Source: Catajapyx aquilonaris (lineage: Eukaryota). Taken from it: a stretch of DNA of 22,992 nucleotides. The notes below the pieces were generated by a model. That model was given only the letters and a program-made list of their open reading frames with translations. It did no database searches and was not told where the DNA came from. Of this stretch, positions 21,966-22,992 are shown piece after piece (the first letter of the stretch is position 1; every line of letters starts with the position of its first letter). Where the stretch lies: assembly GCA_000934665.2 (NCBI GenBank), contig KZ538308.1, positions 62,001-84,992 of the forward strand, read 5' to 3'. A program made the position numbers and the translations under genes.

Positions 21966-22205
21966 TTTATAATTGATATTAAGGAGGTTGGCCCAGCATT
22001 GCCTTTCAACCTCCAAGGATAGGGAAGGAAGGAAGCAGCTGTGGCCTATTACACGGAAGCGACCCCGGAATTATCCTAGAAAGACCGTGGAAAACCGTAG
22101 AAAACCACAGAAAACCACGGTCAGGGTTGCTGGCCCCAGGATTCGAACCCAGGACCTCCCGATTAGCAGTCGGACGCCCTATCCACTATGCCAACCTGCT
22201 TCGGT
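21966..22205 (-). mobile_element. tRNA-derived SINE, 240 bp, with 14-bp TSD
   Basis: A box TGGCATAGTGG (22193-22183); B box GGTTCGAATCC (22149-22139); anticodon-like arm TCCGA-CTGCTAA-TCGGG; 3' stem-loop GGAGGTTG/CAACCTCC; perfect direct repeat GCTAAATAGGTACC at 21952-21965 and 22206-22219. Confidence 0.88.
22081..22120 (+). repeat. 4 x 10-bp tandem repeat inside the SINE body
   Basis: aagaccgtgg aaaaccgtag aaaaccacag aaaaccacgg. Confidence 0.85.
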
Positions 22206-22314
22206 GCTAAATAGGTACCATGTACTATGTATACACCCAGGGCCGGATCTAGGGGGCGGCAAGTCTTGTCCCTGGAAACGAACTTGTCACATGCACATTG
22301 CACTGTTCTGTGTG

Positions 22315-22677
22315 CAGCTCCGGATTTACTACCCCCCCCCCCCCNNNNNNNNNNNNNNNNNNNNNNNNNNNNNNNNNNNNNNNNNNNNCCCCCCCGGCCT
22401 GACGCTTAAAAATGCAAATTTTTAAATTGTATTTTCTCCTTCATTTAATGTTATTTTATTTTAAAATATTATATTGAAAGTTATGGCCGACCAGAGGGTG
22501 GCCGCCCTTCGGCAATGACCTTTTCTGCCTGTAGTGGCAAATCAAGCTCTCAAAAAATCGATTTTCTTAGTGATCTCGCCTTAATTTCCCATTATTGTAT
22601 TTCAGAAATATATTTATTGCAACTCGCTGCCGCCCCTAGGCCAGTGCATACTGTGCCTAATGGGAAATCCGCCGCTG
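22315..22677. mobile_element. hAT-like MITE (CAG..CGGATTT termini) spanning the assembly gap
   Basis: Imperfect TIR CAGCTCCGGATTTAC vs reverse complement CAGCGGCGGATTTCC (12/15); internal GCCGCCCCTAGGC motif; flanks CTGTGTG(C)/TTGTGTAC are only partly duplicated. A related orphan end CAGGGCCGGATCTAGGGGGCGGCAA lies at 22238. Confidence 0.55.
22345..22388. other. Assembly gap (44 N) flanked by poly-C
   Basis: N run between C13 and C7 homopolymers. Confidence 0.99.
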
Positions 22678-22679
22678 TT

Positions 22680-22909
22680 GTGTACTTTTCCGTTTTGCGG
22701 TCGCGACCCCTTCGGGGTCGCGAGGAAGGTTACCTACGTAGTTATTTGTGCAGATTGATTCTATCTCTCTAGAAAATTTGCCCGTAAACGAGATGTGTTA
22801 ATTTAGCGATTATTGTAATTAACTACCACCAAAGGAAAGGGGTAGGGTTGAATTGGAAGTGGTGGTCGCGAATTTTACGCATCTATCCGAAAAATATTGG
22901 GAAGCACGG
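22680..22909 (-). mobile_element. Degenerate inverted relative of the 21217-21500 hAT MITE
   Basis: Reverse complement of 22861-22909 (CCGTGCTTCCCAATATTTTTC...CGTAAAATTCGCGACC) matches the MITE left end (CAGTGCTTCCCAATCTTTTTC...CGTAAAATTCGCGACC). Subterminal palindrome TCGCGACCCC-TTC-GGGGTCGCGA at 22701-22723. Confidence 0.65.
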
Positions 22910-22992
22910 CTCTGTAATGATCGAAAACCCGCTAATGTACGTTGACAACACTGGAATTGTTTGTGAACTTGTAACGACAAAACTACAGCCAC

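Larger units (their letters stand above)
21712..22233 (+). mobile_element. tRNA-derived SINE (host copy), tail interrupted by a second SINE at 21966-22205
   Basis: tRNA-like head with B box GGTTCGATCCC (21773-21783) and degenerate A box; body with a GGCCACAGC motif; tail resumes after the duplicated GCTAAATAGGTACC. Ends are approximate. Confidence 0.65.

Noticed and set aside
22081..22120. Regular repeats suggesting a CRISPR-like array
   Set aside because: 10-bp units with no spacers, inside a SINE.
22128..22200. tRNA-Ser(GCT) gene
   Set aside because: Acceptor stem pairs poorly, there is no long variable arm, and it sits in a TSD-flanked unit with a SINE body.
22701..22723. GC hairpin resembling a bacterial rho-independent terminator
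   Set aside because: Eukaryotic intron, no U tract; it is the GCGACCCC subterminal motif of the hAT MITE family.
21749..22772. ORFs 21749-21976, 21973-22425 and 22515-22772
   Set aside because: They run through SINE/MITE sequence and Ns; no coding signal.

Overview
Eukaryotic, intron-containing genomic DNA from an invertebrate, probably an arthropod (inferred from the protein sequences, 56-58 nt introns, DRE/Inr promoter motifs and SINE type). Three conserved protein-coding genes were reconstructed by hand with GT-AG sites and consistent phases. (1) The large last exon of TMEM19 on + (1005-1771). (2) A complete 11-exon class I myosin, Myo1D/Myo31DF-like, on - (ATG 13507 to stop 2753, 1026 aa, 6 kb first intron). 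(3) The last 9 exons of VPS13D on - (20448 to stop 14213). The introns hold transposon remnants: a Tigger/pogo-like relic split by an insertion, a decayed LINE 3' end, an intact 284-bp hAT MITE with an 8-bp TSD, and two tRNA-derived SINEs nested tail-to-tail next to further hAT MITEs and an assembly gap. I found no convincing novel biological system. The best leads are candidate alternative first exons of Myo1D, an excess of TACAGTA/TACTGTA transposon-excision footprints, the nested SINE/MITE cluster and a sharp CpG (methylation) mosaic.
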